Positions 28,362-37,553 of a DNA stretch of 64,000 bases are shown here, piece after piece (within the stretch, counting starts at the first letter, position 1; each line of letters opens with the position of its first letter). Under the pieces are notes generated by a model that searched no databases, was not told the DNA's origin, and saw only the letters and a list, made by a program, of their open reading frames with translations. This DNA comes from Chryseobacterium gleum (GTDB lineage: Bacteria; Bacteroidota; Bacteroidia; Flavobacteriales_D; Crocinitomicaceae), in NCBI GenBank assembly GCA_945888595.1, contig CAMDAO010000003.1, positions 1,188 to 65,187 of the forward strand, given 5' to 3'. Position numbers and translations under genes: made by a program.

Positions 28362-28862
28362 TTACAAAGTCTTTTCATATAAATTATTGAGCGACAGTGG
28401 CATCTGTTTTTCTCCCACTTTTTTAAAACCTAAATCAATGTAATATTGACACAATCTATCATTTGAAGCATCACAATCAAGTCGCAGTATGGGAATGTGT
28501 TCAATGCGCATTTCTTGTTCTATCTTTTTAATAATTGTACCACCGATATTCATCCCCGAAAATTCTTTCAAAACGACTAAAGAGTGAATATAACGCGCTT
28601 TTATTTCTTGTTTTCCCCAGTAAAGAAGATCTTCGTGCATTAAGCGATACATACCAACGAGTGTCGAATCGTCAGTGTAAATGAAATAAAATTCATTATT
28701 TTTAAATCCATCTTGTACCCATGTTATTTTTTCAATAGGAGGATTTAACCAATATTGCCACTGTTCTACTTTTTTTTCAGCTAAATTTTCAGCCGCTTTT
28801 CCAAACATCATAAAGGCAGTTTCAATTTCTGCAGGCGAAGCTCTTTTGTACGTTAATTTCAT
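28362..28862 (-). CDS. GNAT-family N-acetyltransferase
   Basis: 166 aa. IHSLVVLKEFSGMNIGGTIIKKIE (acetyl-CoA-binding motif A pattern) and a LGF.K tail. Confidence 0.65.
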   Translation of the reverse strand: MKLTYKRASPAEIETAFMMFGKAAENLAEKKVEQWQYWLNPPIEKITWVQDGFKNNEFYFIYTDDSTLVGMYRLMHEDLLYWGKQEIKARYIHSLVVLKEFSGMNIGGTIIKKIEQEMRIEHIPILRLDCDASNDRLCQYYIDLGFKKVGEKQMPLSLNNLYEKTL

Positions 28863-28890
28863 TTTAGGGCAGTATTAATAACATCAAATT

Positions 28891-29124
28891 TTAATCGGAT
28901 AATAGATTTATAGTTTGTTTATCTTCAAGTGTTTGCGTTAAAATGGAGCCAATTAAAAACCCACTTAACACAAAAAACAAATCTACTCCATCTGGCAGCA
29001 GAAGATGAGGTAAATTTGGGAATACGTTTGCTAATAAAGTGCTTGAATGATTTCTAACAACAATTATGATAGCAAAACACCGTATTAAATCCAGCCCAAA
29101 TATTCTGTGTGTTGTTTCTTTCAT
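28891..29124 (-). pseudogene. Truncated acyltransferase-3 family gene (N-terminal 77 codons only)
   Basis: FGLDLIRCFAIIIVVRNH...GVDLFFVLSGFLIG is the N-terminal signature of ~350-aa membrane O-acyltransferases. The ORF stops after 77 aa and the GNAT gene starts 28 nt later. Confidence 0.6.
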
Positions 29125-29250
29125 CCTGATGCGATTTGCCGCTTTCGATTTTCAACAAATTTAAAAAATAATTACGTGATGCAGATAGGCGAATGTCGTT
29201 AATAAATCTATTTTATGGTTATATTTCTTTCGTTTCAAATAACTGAGAAC

Positions 29251-29281
29251 AAAAAAAATGCTCTCCATAGTGAAGAGCATT
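29251..29281 (-). terminator. Rho-independent terminator downstream of sucC (A-run/T-run on both sides)
   Basis: Stem AATGCTCT/AGAGCATT flanked by A8 (T8 on the minus strand) and T4. Confidence 0.65.
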
Positions 29282-29304
29282 TTTAAATATATAAAGACCT
29301 ATTA

Positions 29305-30516
29305 TTACGCCAATACTTTCTTAACTAAATCTGCTGCTTCTTGCAAAAGAACTGCCGAATGAACGTCTAAACCTGAAGCGTCAATCAACTGTTTTGCTTC
29401 AACAGCGTTTGTTCCTTGTAAACGAATAATCAATGGAACAGGAATAGAACCCATGTTTTTATAAGCGTCAACAATACCTTGAGCAACTCGATCACATCTT
29501 ACGATACCACCAAAAATATTAATCAAAATAGCTTTTACGTTTTTATCTTGTAAGATAATATGGAATGCTTTTTCAACACGTTCAGCATTAGCTGTTCCAC
29601 CTACGTCCAAGAAGTTAGCAGGATTACCACCTGATAATTTGATAATATCCATGGTTGCCATCGCTAAACCAGCACCATTTACCATACAACCAACGTTTCC
29701 GTCTAATTTCACAAAATTTAATCCTGCAGCATCCGCTTCAACTTCCGTTGGATCTTCTTCTGTCGTATCACGCATTGCTAAATAATCTGGGTGACGGAAC
29801 AAAGAGTTACCATCTAACGTTACTTTCGCATCAACAGCAATCACCAAGTCATCTGAAGTTTTAAATACAGGGTTAATTTCAAACATAGAAGCATCACAAC
29901 CTTCAAATGCAGCATAAAGATTTGCGATAAATTTCGTCATTTCTTTAAACGCTTTTCCAGATAAACCTAAGTTGAAAGCAATTTTTCGTGTTTGAAAAGC
30001 TTGAATTCCAACACATGGGTCAATAACTTCCCTAAAGATTAAATGTGGAGTATGCTCAGCAACGTGCTCAATATCCATTCCACCTTCTGTAGAATAAACA
30101 ATCACATTGCGTCCCAATTCACGATCTAATAAAACGGACATATAGAATTCAGAAATTTCTGACTCTCCTGGATAATAAACATCTTGTGCAATTAACACTT
30201 TGTTTACTTTTTTACCTACACCATTTGTTTGTGCAGTTTCCAAGTGACCTCCAAGAATACCTTTAACAGTTTCTTCTAATTTGTCTATACCTTTTGCAAG
30301 AACAACACCATGAGAACCTGTTTCAGCAACAACACCTTTCCCTCTTCCTCCAGCATGAATCTGTGCTTTTACCACATACCAGCTCGTTCCTGTGAGTTCA
30401 GTTAATTTTTTAGCAGCTTCAACAGCATCTTCAACTCGGTCAACTACAACTCCTTCTTGGATTGTAACACCGTAGGCTTTCAATATAGATTTTCCTTGAT
30501 ATTCTTGTAAGTTCAT
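29305..30516 (-). CDS. sucC: Succinate--CoA ligase (ADP-forming) beta subunit
   Basis: MNLQEYQGKSILKAYGV, VVKAQIHAGGRGKG and the C-terminal INIFGGIVRCD block. Confidence 0.9.
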   Translation of the reverse strand: MNLQEYQGKSILKAYGVTIQEGVVVDRVEDAVEAAKKLTELTGTSWYVVKAQIHAGGRGKGVVAETGSHGVVLAKGIDKLEETVKGILGGHLETAQTNGVGKKVNKVLIAQDVYYPGESEISEFYMSVLLDRELGRNVIVYSTEGGMDIEHVAEHTPHLIFREVIDPCVGIQAFQTRKIAFNLGLSGKAFKEMTKFIANLYAAFEGCDASMFEINPVFKTSDDLVIAVDAKVTLDGNSLFRHPDYLAMRDTTEEDPTEVEADAAGLNFVKLDGNVGCMVNGAGLAMATMDIIKLSGGNPANFLDVGGTANAERVEKAFHIILQDKNVKAILINIFGGIVRCDRVAQGIVDAYKNMGSIPVPLIIRLQGTNAVEAKQLIDASGLDVHSAVLLQEAADLVKKVLA

Positions 30517-30666
30517 CTTCTGAATTTTAGTGCCGTAAAGATAGATGTAATTCTTTTAATTATGGAATGTTTTAGGAGTTTTTTTGAAAATACATAGTAG
30601 ACTATTAGACATTAGATTTTTAGACAGTAGACTTATTTTTTTTCCAAACTCATACTCATCAGTCTT

Positions 30667-30712
30667 TGAGCGCAGCGGTCTAATGTCTATGAGCGCAGCG
30701 GTCTTGTATCTA
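30667..30712. repeat. 23-bp direct repeat x2 (TGAGCGCAGCGGTCTAATGTCTA / TGAGCGCAGCGGTCTTGTATCTA)
   Basis: Read directly. It is GC-rich relative to its surroundings and ends 5 nt before the stop codon of the ORF at 30718-31026. Confidence 0.85.
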
Positions 30713-30717
30713 TATAT

Positions 30718-31026
30718 CTATTGTCTCAATAAAAATCCGTCAAAAACTTCTTCAACCGTCCAAGCTTCTGGTTTTTCGGCAAACCAAGGTTTGATTTTTG
30801 GCCAAATTTCTCCAAATGTTTCCGAAAGACGGTAGTTTTCTAATGCTTGTTCGTTGTTCCAATGACTATAGGTCATGACAATTTCAGGTGTATTTTTATC
30901 ACGTAATAATTTCATTCCTTGACAACCTTCAAATGTATTGACGTTGTGTTTGATTGTTTCGAAAAAGCCCAAGAAATGAGCTATTTTATCTTTTTGAAAA
31001 TGAAGTTTTACAATTCGCGTGATCAT
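30718..31026 (-). CDS. Antibiotic-biosynthesis-monooxygenase (ABM/Dabb-fold) domain protein
   Basis: 102 aa. The pattern F...I....GC.GM.LL.D...P....TYSHW.NEQALENY is typical of ABM domains. Confidence 0.5.
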   Translation of the reverse strand: MITRIVKLHFQKDKIAHFLGFFETIKHNVNTFEGCQGMKLLRDKNTPEIVMTYSHWNNEQALENYRLSETFGEIWPKIKPWFAEKPEAWTVEEVFDGFLLRQ

Positions 31027-31883
31027 CAGAATAAAGATTCTATCGTTGTTTTTGAACCTCTTGGTGTAAATTCAATTCGAATTACATCACCTAAGTGTAC
31101 ACCAAATAATTTTTCAGCCCCACCGCCACTTCCATTTGCTCCTCGGTTAATCGCAATTTCTAATAAATTATTCTCATTAAAAATGGCTACTTTTTCTCCG
31201 ACCGAAACTTGATTGTAGGTGGTTGAAATCTGATCTATATAATAATCACGTCTTCTAAAATAAATGGTAAAAGGAGCATCCTTCCCAACTCGTTCGAATA
31301 ATTCTTTTGAAATGTTAACAATTAGATTTCCATAATAATCAATGTGAATAACATTTCCCTTTATTAAATTCACTTCAATAACTGCGGTGATTGCAAAAGC
31401 GGTTTTGAAACTTTCTGATGGAGAAGCAAAAGTCGATACTTCATTTCCTTTCATGATTTGACAAGCAGCAGGAATCAACATGCTTTTTGCCGGGAAAAGA
31501 AATAGGCGCGGGTTGGATAAAACATCATCAATTCGCCAAAATCCATCTGGTTTATTTTCCTGCAGAAATGCCCCGAAAAACCCATTGTCATTGGCAATAA
31601 AATAATGCCCTTCAAAAAGTAAAATGGAAGGAAACGATCCGTCTGTTCCTCCAAAATTAACGATGGGTTCACTATCTACACCAATCACGTGAACAGTTCC
31701 TTTTGGGAAGTTTTTAAAGCAAGAAAAAACGTAATAGGCAGCTTCTGAAATATTAAACGGCTTAACGGAGTGAGAAATATCCACGATTCTTGCTTCTGGG
31801 GTCAACGTAAGAATCGTTCCTTTCAGCGCGGCCACATAGTGGTCCTGAAGTCCCATATCAGTTGTTAACGTTATTATTTGCAT
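31026..31883 (-). CDS. SAM hydrolase / SAM hydroxide adenosyltransferase family (DUF62)
   Basis: N-terminal ITLTTDMGLQDHYVAALKG and VHVIGVDSE blocks characteristic of the family. Confidence 0.65.
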   Translation of the reverse strand: MQIITLTTDMGLQDHYVAALKGTILTLTPEARIVDISHSVKPFNISEAAYYVFSCFKNFPKGTVHVIGVDSEPIVNFGGTDGSFPSILLFEGHYFIANDNGFFGAFLQENKPDGFWRIDDVLSNPRLFLFPAKSMLIPAACQIMKGNEVSTFASPSESFKTAFAITAVIEVNLIKGNVIHIDYYGNLIVNISKELFERVGKDAPFTIYFRRRDYYIDQISTTYNQVSVGEKVAIFNENNLLEIAINRGANGSGGGAEKLFGVHLGDVIRIEFTPRGSKTTIESLF

Positions 31884-31985
31884 GTGTATAAATTTCTCAC
31901 TCGATTTGACGAATTATTTCTAATTTTGTTCAAAAATAAGTTTATTCGAAGGAATTTACATTAAATCGAAAACAAATATTTTAAT

Positions 31986-32927
31986 TTGCAAGAAATAAGC
32001 ATTGAAATAAAGGGAGTTAATCCAGTAGAATTGTTTGGAGTGAACAATTCAAAATTGAAGCATATTAAGAGTTTTTACCCTAAGCTTAAGGTAGTTGCGC
32101 GTGGAAATGTGTTAACGGTTAGTGGTGATTCTGAAGAAGTTCATGATTTTGAGAAGAAATTTCACTTAATTATTGATTTTTTCATCAAATACAACAGTCT
32201 TTCCGATAATGAAATAACGGCTTTAATGGGCGAAGATGGTGCTCTGATGGTTTCAAATGCGGTCAATGATGTTCTCGTGCATGGAAATGGAGGCGCGAAA
32301 ATTAGGGCAAGAACTCAGAATCAAAGGAAATTAGTGGACGCTGTTAATGAAAATGACATGGTTTTTGCTGTCGGTCCTGCAGGTACTGGTAAAACCTACA
32401 CAGCTGTTGCTTTAGCTGTGAGAGCTTTGAAATCTAAAGAAGTTAAGCGAATTGTTTTGACACGTCCTGCCGTGGAAGCGGGCGAGAATTTAGGGTTTCT
32501 ACCTGGAGATTTGAAAGAAAAATTAGATCCGTATATGATGCCTCTTTATGATGCTTTACGAGATATGATTCCAGGTGAAAAATTAGCTGAAATGCTTGAA
32601 TATGGAGTTATTGAAATTGCTCCTTTAGCATTTATGAGAGGTAGAACGCTCGACAAGGCTTTTGTGATATTGGACGAAGCGCAAAATGCAACAACTATGC
32701 AAATGAAAATGTTCTTGACTCGAATGGGGATGACAGCAAAATTTGTAATTACCGGAGATATGTCGCAAATTGATCTACCTCGACAACAAAAATCAGGTTT
32801 GGCATATGCTTTGGATGCATTGGATGGGGTGGAAGGAATTGGCGTTGTCCGTTTAAATCAAAACGATGTTTTGAGGCACAGTTTAGTAAAAAAAATAATT
32901 GAGGCATTTGAAAATGCCGACGGATAG
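31986..32927 (+). CDS. phoH: PhoH-family ATPase
   Basis: Walker A GPAGTGKTYTAVALAV, Walker B ILDEAQN and ITGDMSQIDLP. The start codon is TTG in the ORF track. Confidence 0.85.
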   Translation: MQEISIEIKGVNPVELFGVNNSKLKHIKSFYPKLKVVARGNVLTVSGDSEEVHDFEKKFHLIIDFFIKYNSLSDNEITALMGEDGALMVSNAVNDVLVHGNGGAKIRARTQNQRKLVDAVNENDMVFAVGPAGTGKTYTAVALAVRALKSKEVKRIVLTRPAVEAGENLGFLPGDLKEKLDPYMMPLYDALRDMIPGEKLAEMLEYGVIEIAPLAFMRGRTLDKAFVILDEAQNATTMQMKMFLTRMGMTAKFVITGDMSQIDLPRQQKSGLAYALDALDGVEGIGVVRLNQNDVLRHSLVKKIIEAFENADG

Positions 32928-32964
32928 AGAAGTTGCATTGCAACGTCTCCCCCAATATTTAATT

Positions 32965-33076
32965 TTCGATTTGTCGAAACCAACAATGTTCAATTTGTCG
33001 AAACCAAGAATTTTCGATTTATCGAAACCAAGAATGTTCGATTTGTCGAAACCAAGAATGTTCGATTTATCGAAAC
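32965..33076. repeat. 24-bp tandem repeat, about 4.7 copies (TTCGATTTGTCGAAACCAAGAATG)
   Basis: Units begin at 32965, 32989, 33013, 33037 and 33061. Each contains the inverted repeat TTCGA-N4-TCGAA. Intergenic between phoH and purC. Confidence 0.9.
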
Positions 33077-33116
33077 ACATTAATTTCACAAGTAATGGTG
33101 ATTAAAAAACAAAAAA

Positions 33117-34064
33117 ATGAGCAATTCAATTACAGAAACAGATTTTAATTTCCCAGGTCAAAAAGCAGTATATCATGGAAAAGTTCGGGATGTGTATACG
33201 TTAGAAAATGACATTGTAGTCATGATTGCCTCTGATCGTATTTCAGCTTTTGACCATATTTTACCAAAAGGTATTCCGCACAAAGGTCAGGTGTTAAATC
33301 AAGTGGCAACCATGTTTTTGGACGCGACAAAAGACATCGTTCCAAATTGGTTAATTGGTACTCCAGACCCGAGTGTTGCTGTTGGCCATTCGTGCGAACC
33401 CGTCAGAGTAGAAATGGTTATCCGTGGCTATTTAGCAGGACATTCGGCAAGGCAATATGCACTAGGTATTCGAGAATTGTGTGGGATAACAATGCCGGAA
33501 GGAATGAAAGAAAACGATAAATTCCCTAGTCCTATTATTACCCCTGCTATAAAAGCTGAAGAAGGTCATGATGTGGATGCATCGCGAGAAGAAATAATCG
33601 AGCAACAAATCGTACCAGAAAATATTTATATTCAAATGGAGAAGTATACGAGAGCTTTATTTCAACGAGGAACAGAAATGGCAGAGAAAATGGGTTTGAT
33701 TTTAGTAGATACGAAATATGAATTCGGCATAAAGAATGGAGAAGTGATGTTGATTGATGAAATTCATACGCCTGATTCTTCCCGCTACTTTATCTTAGAT
33801 GGTTATTCAGATTTACAAGCAAAAGCCTTGCCTCAAAAGCAATTATCGAAGGAGTTCGTTCGTCAGTGGTTAATTGAAAACAATTTTCAAGGATTAGATG
33901 GACAAACGATGCCTGTTATGCCAGATGAATTCGTTGGAGTTGTAACAGATCGTTACATTGAATTATACGAAAAAATAACAGGGAAGAATTTTGAAAAAGC
34001 AGATACCACAAATATTTCAGCAAGAATCGAAAAAAATGTTTTGAACTTTTTAAAACATTTTTGA
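33117..34064 (+). CDS. purC: Phosphoribosylaminoimidazole-succinocarboxamide synthase
   Basis: [25 protein letters not shown] and [12 protein letters not shown] motifs (long-form SAICAR synthetase). Confidence 0.9.
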   Translation: MSNSITETDFNFPGQKAVYHGKVRDVYTLENDIVVMIASDRISAFDHILPKGIPHKGQVLNQVATMFLDATKDIVPNWLIGTPDPSVAVGHSCEPVRVEMVIRGYLAGHSARQYALGIRELCGITMPEGMKENDKFPSPIITPAIKAEEGHDVDASREEIIEQQIVPENIYIQMEKYTRALFQRGTEMAEKMGLILVDTKYEFGIKNGEVMLIDEIHTPDSSRYFILDGYSDLQAKALPQKQLSKEFVRQWLIENNFQGLDGQTMPVMPDEFVGVVTDRYIELYEKITGKNFEKADTTNISARIEKNVLNFLKHF

Positions 34065-34088
34065 TTACAATTGAAATTAAATTTTTCA

Positions 34089-34249
34089 ATCTGCAATCTA
34101 TAATCTGCAATCTATAATCTGCAATTTGTAATTTGTAATCTTCAATCTATAATCTGCAATCTATAATCTGCAATTTGTAATCTTCAATTTGTAATCTTCA
34201 ATCTATAATCTGCAATTTGCAATCTATCATCTATAATCTGCAATTTGTA
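34089..34249. repeat. Heptanucleotide tandem array, 23 units in perfect 7-nt register (ATCTGCA / ATCTATA / ATTTGTA / ATCTTCA variants)
   Basis: Counted unit by unit. Consensus ATYTRYA. A 14-nt super-unit ATCTATAATCTGCA recurs. The array ends 24 nt upstream of the -7 box of ccsBA. Confidence 0.9.
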
Positions 34250-34272
34250 ATCCATTATTCAATTTCAATGAG

Positions 34273-34280
34273 TATTTTTG
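34273..34280 (+). promoter_or_regulatory. Bacteroidota -7 box (TATTTTTG) upstream of ccsBA
   Basis: TAnnTTTG match 24 nt upstream of the ATG at 34304. Confidence 0.45.
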
Positions 34281-34303
34281 TATCCAAGATTTAAACAGGT
34301 AAA

Positions 34304-37300
34304 ATGGACAAATTTTTCAAGATATTTTTCTCAATGCGCATGATGACTGTAGGATTGTTTCTATTCCTTGCAAGCATTGCTACTGCTACATTTTTAGAGT
34401 CTATGCACGACACTCAAACGGCGAGAATTATTATTTATAATGCTTGGTGGTTTGAGGTGCTTTTAACGTACTTAGCAATCAATTTAATTGCTAATATTTT
34501 TGAACATAGGATGTTTCGAAAAGAGAAAATCTCTGTCTTAGCATTTCATCTTTCTTTCATCGTTATTCTAATTGGTTCTTGGACAACTAGATATATTAGT
34601 TATGATGGAATGATGATGATTAGAGAAGGAGAAAGATCTAATTTTATTTATTCTTCAGATCCGTACATTTGGTTTAAAATAAATGATGGTGTAAAGCAGT
34701 ATACGGACAGTCGTAAACTATTAATGTCCGAAATTACAAATAACAATTTTAATATTGATGTCGAATTCCCCAAACATAAAACACCTATTTCTATCGAATA
34801 TGTTGATTATCAAAAGAATTTGGTCGATTCGTTAATCGTGAATGATTCCATTAAAGAAACGTCTTTAGAGATCGTGTCTGGCGGAATGAAGTCGAATTAC
34901 TTAACGGAAAAAAGTTTTTTGATGGTTGGACAAATGCCCTTATCTTTTGATAAGAAAGATGCCATGCCAGGAATTTTAGTTTCGAAGGTAGCTGGTAAAA
35001 TAATGATTTCTTCAAAAATTCCATTTAAGTATTTACCAATGGCGCAAATGCGTAAATATCGTCAATCTGGACAGCCAATTCCTGAAGAAATGTATGTTCA
35101 TATTCCAAAAGATTCAGTGGTCCCTTTTTTGACTACGACCTTGTATAGTGTTGGACAAGAAGAGTTTGTTTTTAAGAGTGAAATCAAGCACTCGAAAATA
35201 ATTAAAATTAGTTCAGGTAAAAAGGATGTGGGATCTACTTATTTAATTGCGAAGGTGACCGACGGAAGTCATTCCAAAATTATAGAATTAGAAGGTGGAG
35301 CTGGTTCGCTACCCACACATGAGAAATTCTATTTTAATGGTTTGACGTATGAAATAGAGTTTGGACCAAAGAAAATTGAAATACCTTTCGCCATTGAATG
35401 TCGTGATTTTAAATTAGATAAATATCCAGGTTCTGAGATGCCGTCTTCTTTTGCAAGTGAGATAACGTTGCATGATGACGTCAATAATTACAAACACGAA
35501 CAACGAATTTTCATGAACAATGTGATGGATTATCACGGCTATAGATTTTTTCAATCAGCGTATGATTTAGATGATCCAAAAACACCTGAAAATGAAGAAG
35601 GAACAAGATTAAGTGTGAATCACGATTGGTGGGGAACCACTATTACCTATTTCGGTTATTTATTGATGGCGCTTGGAATGATTTTATCTTTCTTTTCAGC
35701 AAATAGCCGTTTTAAAGAATTGAATAATAAGTTGAAAGCTACAAAACAAAGAAGAGAATCGTTAAAGACTTTTTTAGTGTTGATTGCCTTGTCACTTGGA
35801 AGTATGACAGTTTCTGCTCAACAAGGAGATGAACACAAACATTCTTCACATGAAAAGGTAAAACATGAGGTCGTTTTTAAGGTAATGTCGAAAGAGCATT
35901 CTGAAAAATTGGAAGCATTATTGGTTCAGGATTTTTCCGGAAGAATTGTCCCTTTGCACACCTGTTTTGATGAACTTTTACGTAAAATTTACAAAAAAAA
36001 TACATTTAAAAAATGGAATGCTGTTCAGACGGTCATGAGCATGCATATGTATCCTGAATATTGGATGAGTCAAAAAACCGTTTCAATAGAAGCGGGGATG
36101 CAGAAAAGATTGAAATTGGGTAGATATGCTTCTTTTAGAGAGTTGTCTGGAGAGGACGGCCAATTTAAATGGATAAAAGAGCACAATGATTCTCATAATA
36201 AAGCAGATTCTAAAAGAAATGAATTTGATAAAAAAATCATCAAATTAGGAGAAAGATTTGAAGTGCTTCGTTTCATTTTTTCATGGGATTACATGAAGAT
36301 TATTCCTGTAAAATCAGACGGAAATAATAAATGGTTTGTACCGATGAATATGGATTTGATGAAAGCAGATTCAATGTCTTCTATGTTTGCGCTTCAGTAT
36401 TTATCAAGTTTGAATAATGCTTGTGATCAAAATAAGTATCAAGATGCAGACAAATTTTTGACGAAATTGAAAGAATTCCAAAGATTGGAAGGACAAAAAG
36501 TTGTGCCTTCAGAATCTAAGGTCAAGATTGAGATAATGTATAATAAGTTAAATATTTTCAATAAGTCATTATATGGGTATTTGACAATTGGCTTTATTTT
36601 ATTGATCATTTTCTTCATTCGAATCTTAGCAAAAGTTACTCCTTCGTCTGAAAAAATAGTTAAATTTAGTGGAGTCGTTTTATCGCTTGCATTATTTGCA
36701 GCGTTTCTATTTCATGGACTTGGATTAGGTTTTAGATGGTATATTCTAGATGCACCACCTTGGACCAATGGCTACGGAGCTTTTATCTTTATTGCATGGG
36801 TGCTCATGATTATGGGTTTTTCTTTTGCTAGAAAGAATCCAATCATTCTGTCAGGTGCAGCTATTTTAGCCGCCTTGATATTGATTGTTTCTGAAATGAG
36901 TTTGATGGATCCAGCAATCACACCTGTCGTACCGGTTTTAAAATCATTTTGGTTAAAAATTCACGTATCGATCATTACTGGTAGTTATGCTCCGCTGGGC
37001 TTAGGCTGTATTTTGGCTCTGATGAATTTAATTTTATACATCATCAGAAATGAAAAAAATGGAAAGGCAATAACACTTCACATTTCTGAAATTAGTTTTG
37101 TGTCAGAAATGATTATTACAATTGGAGTTTTCATGTTAACCATCGGAACATTTCTGGGAGGAGTTTGGGCAAATGAATCGTGGGGAAGATACTGGGCTTG
37201 GGATCCAAAAGAAGTGTGGGCATTGGTTTCTGTCCTTGTATATGCCATTATTCTGCACCTCAGATACATTCCAGGAGCATCCGGTAAATTTACATTCAAT

Positions 37301-37510
37301 GTCGTTACGTTTTGGGCATACACATCTATCTTGTTTACGTATTTTGGAGTTAATTTTTACCTCAAAGGTTTACATTCCTATGCGCAAGGGGATGGGCTGG
37401 GAACAGTGCCGAATGACATTAAAATAACAATTGCTATTTTTGCACTATTGACAGTTATTGCGTTTCTGCGTAATCGTCAGTATATGAAGAAAACGAAAGT
37501 AAATTCCTAG
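34304..37510 (+). CDS. ccsBA: Cytochrome c biogenesis (System II) fused ResB/CcsB-CcsA protein
   Basis: 1068 aa. N-terminal ResB-like TM plus a large loop, then a C-terminal polytopic CcsA part with the WWD motif WGRYWAWDPKEVW. Confidence 0.8.
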   Translation: MDKFFKIFFSMRMMTVGLFLFLASIATATFLESMHDTQTARIIIYNAWWFEVLLTYLAINLIANIFEHRMFRKEKISVLAFHLSFIVILIGSWTTRYISYDGMMMIREGERSNFIYSSDPYIWFKINDGVKQYTDSRKLLMSEITNNNFNIDVEFPKHKTPISIEYVDYQKNLVDSLIVNDSIKETSLEIVSGGMKSNYLTEKSFLMVGQMPLSFDKKDAMPGILVSKVAGKIMISSKIPFKYLPMAQMRKYRQSGQPIPEEMYVHIPKDSVVPFLTTTLYSVGQEEFVFKSEIKHSKIIKISSGKKDVGSTYLIAKVTDGSHSKIIELEGGAGSLPTHEKFYFNGLTYEIEFGPKKIEIPFAIECRDFKLDKYPGSEMPSSFASEITLHDDVNNYKHEQRIFMNNVMDYHGYRFFQSAYDLDDPKTPENEEGTRLSVNHDWWGTTITYFGYLLMALGMILSFFSANSRFKELNNKLKATKQRRESLKTFLVLIALSLGSMTVSAQQGDEHKHSSHEKVKHEVVFKVMSKEHSEKLEALLVQDFSGRIVPLHTCFDELLRKIYKKNTFKKWNAVQTVMSMHMYPEYWMSQKTVSIEAGMQKRLKLGRYASFRELSGEDGQFKWIKEHNDSHNKADSKRNEFDKKIIKLGERFEVLRFIFSWDYMKIIPVKSDGNNKWFVPMNMDLMKADSMSSMFALQYLSSLNNACDQNKYQDADKFLTKLKEFQRLEGQKVVPSESKVKIEIMYNKLNIFNKSLYGYLTIGFILLIIFFIRILAKVTPSSEKIVKFSGVVLSLALFAAFLFHGLGLGFRWYILDAPPWTNGYGAFIFIAWVLMIMGFSFARKNPIILSGAAILAALILIVSEMSLMDPAITPVVPVLKSFWLKIHVSIITGSYAPLGLGCILALMNLILYIIRNEKNGKAITLHISEISFVSEMIITIGVFMLTIGTFLGGVWANESWGRYWAWDPKEVWALVSVLVYAIILHLRYIPGASGKFTFNVVTFWAYTSILFTYFGVNFYLKGLHSYAQGDGLGTVPNDIKITIAIFALLTVIAFLRNRQYMKKTKVNS

Positions 37511-37553
37511 ATTATTTTCGGTGCCGAGTTAAATTTTTAACTAATAAGAAACG

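Noticed and set aside
32883-33105. 68-aa ORFs on both strands (FDKSNILG / FDLSKPRM repeats)
   Set aside because: Both are produced by the 24-bp (8-codon) tandem repeat being open in several frames. There is no plausible start context or flanking unique sequence. I treat it as a DNA repeat, not a gene.
34089-34249. Possible CRISPR array
   Set aside because: The unit is 7 bp with no spacers, there are no cas genes, and no 25-40-bp repeat structure exists. It is a microsatellite-like array.
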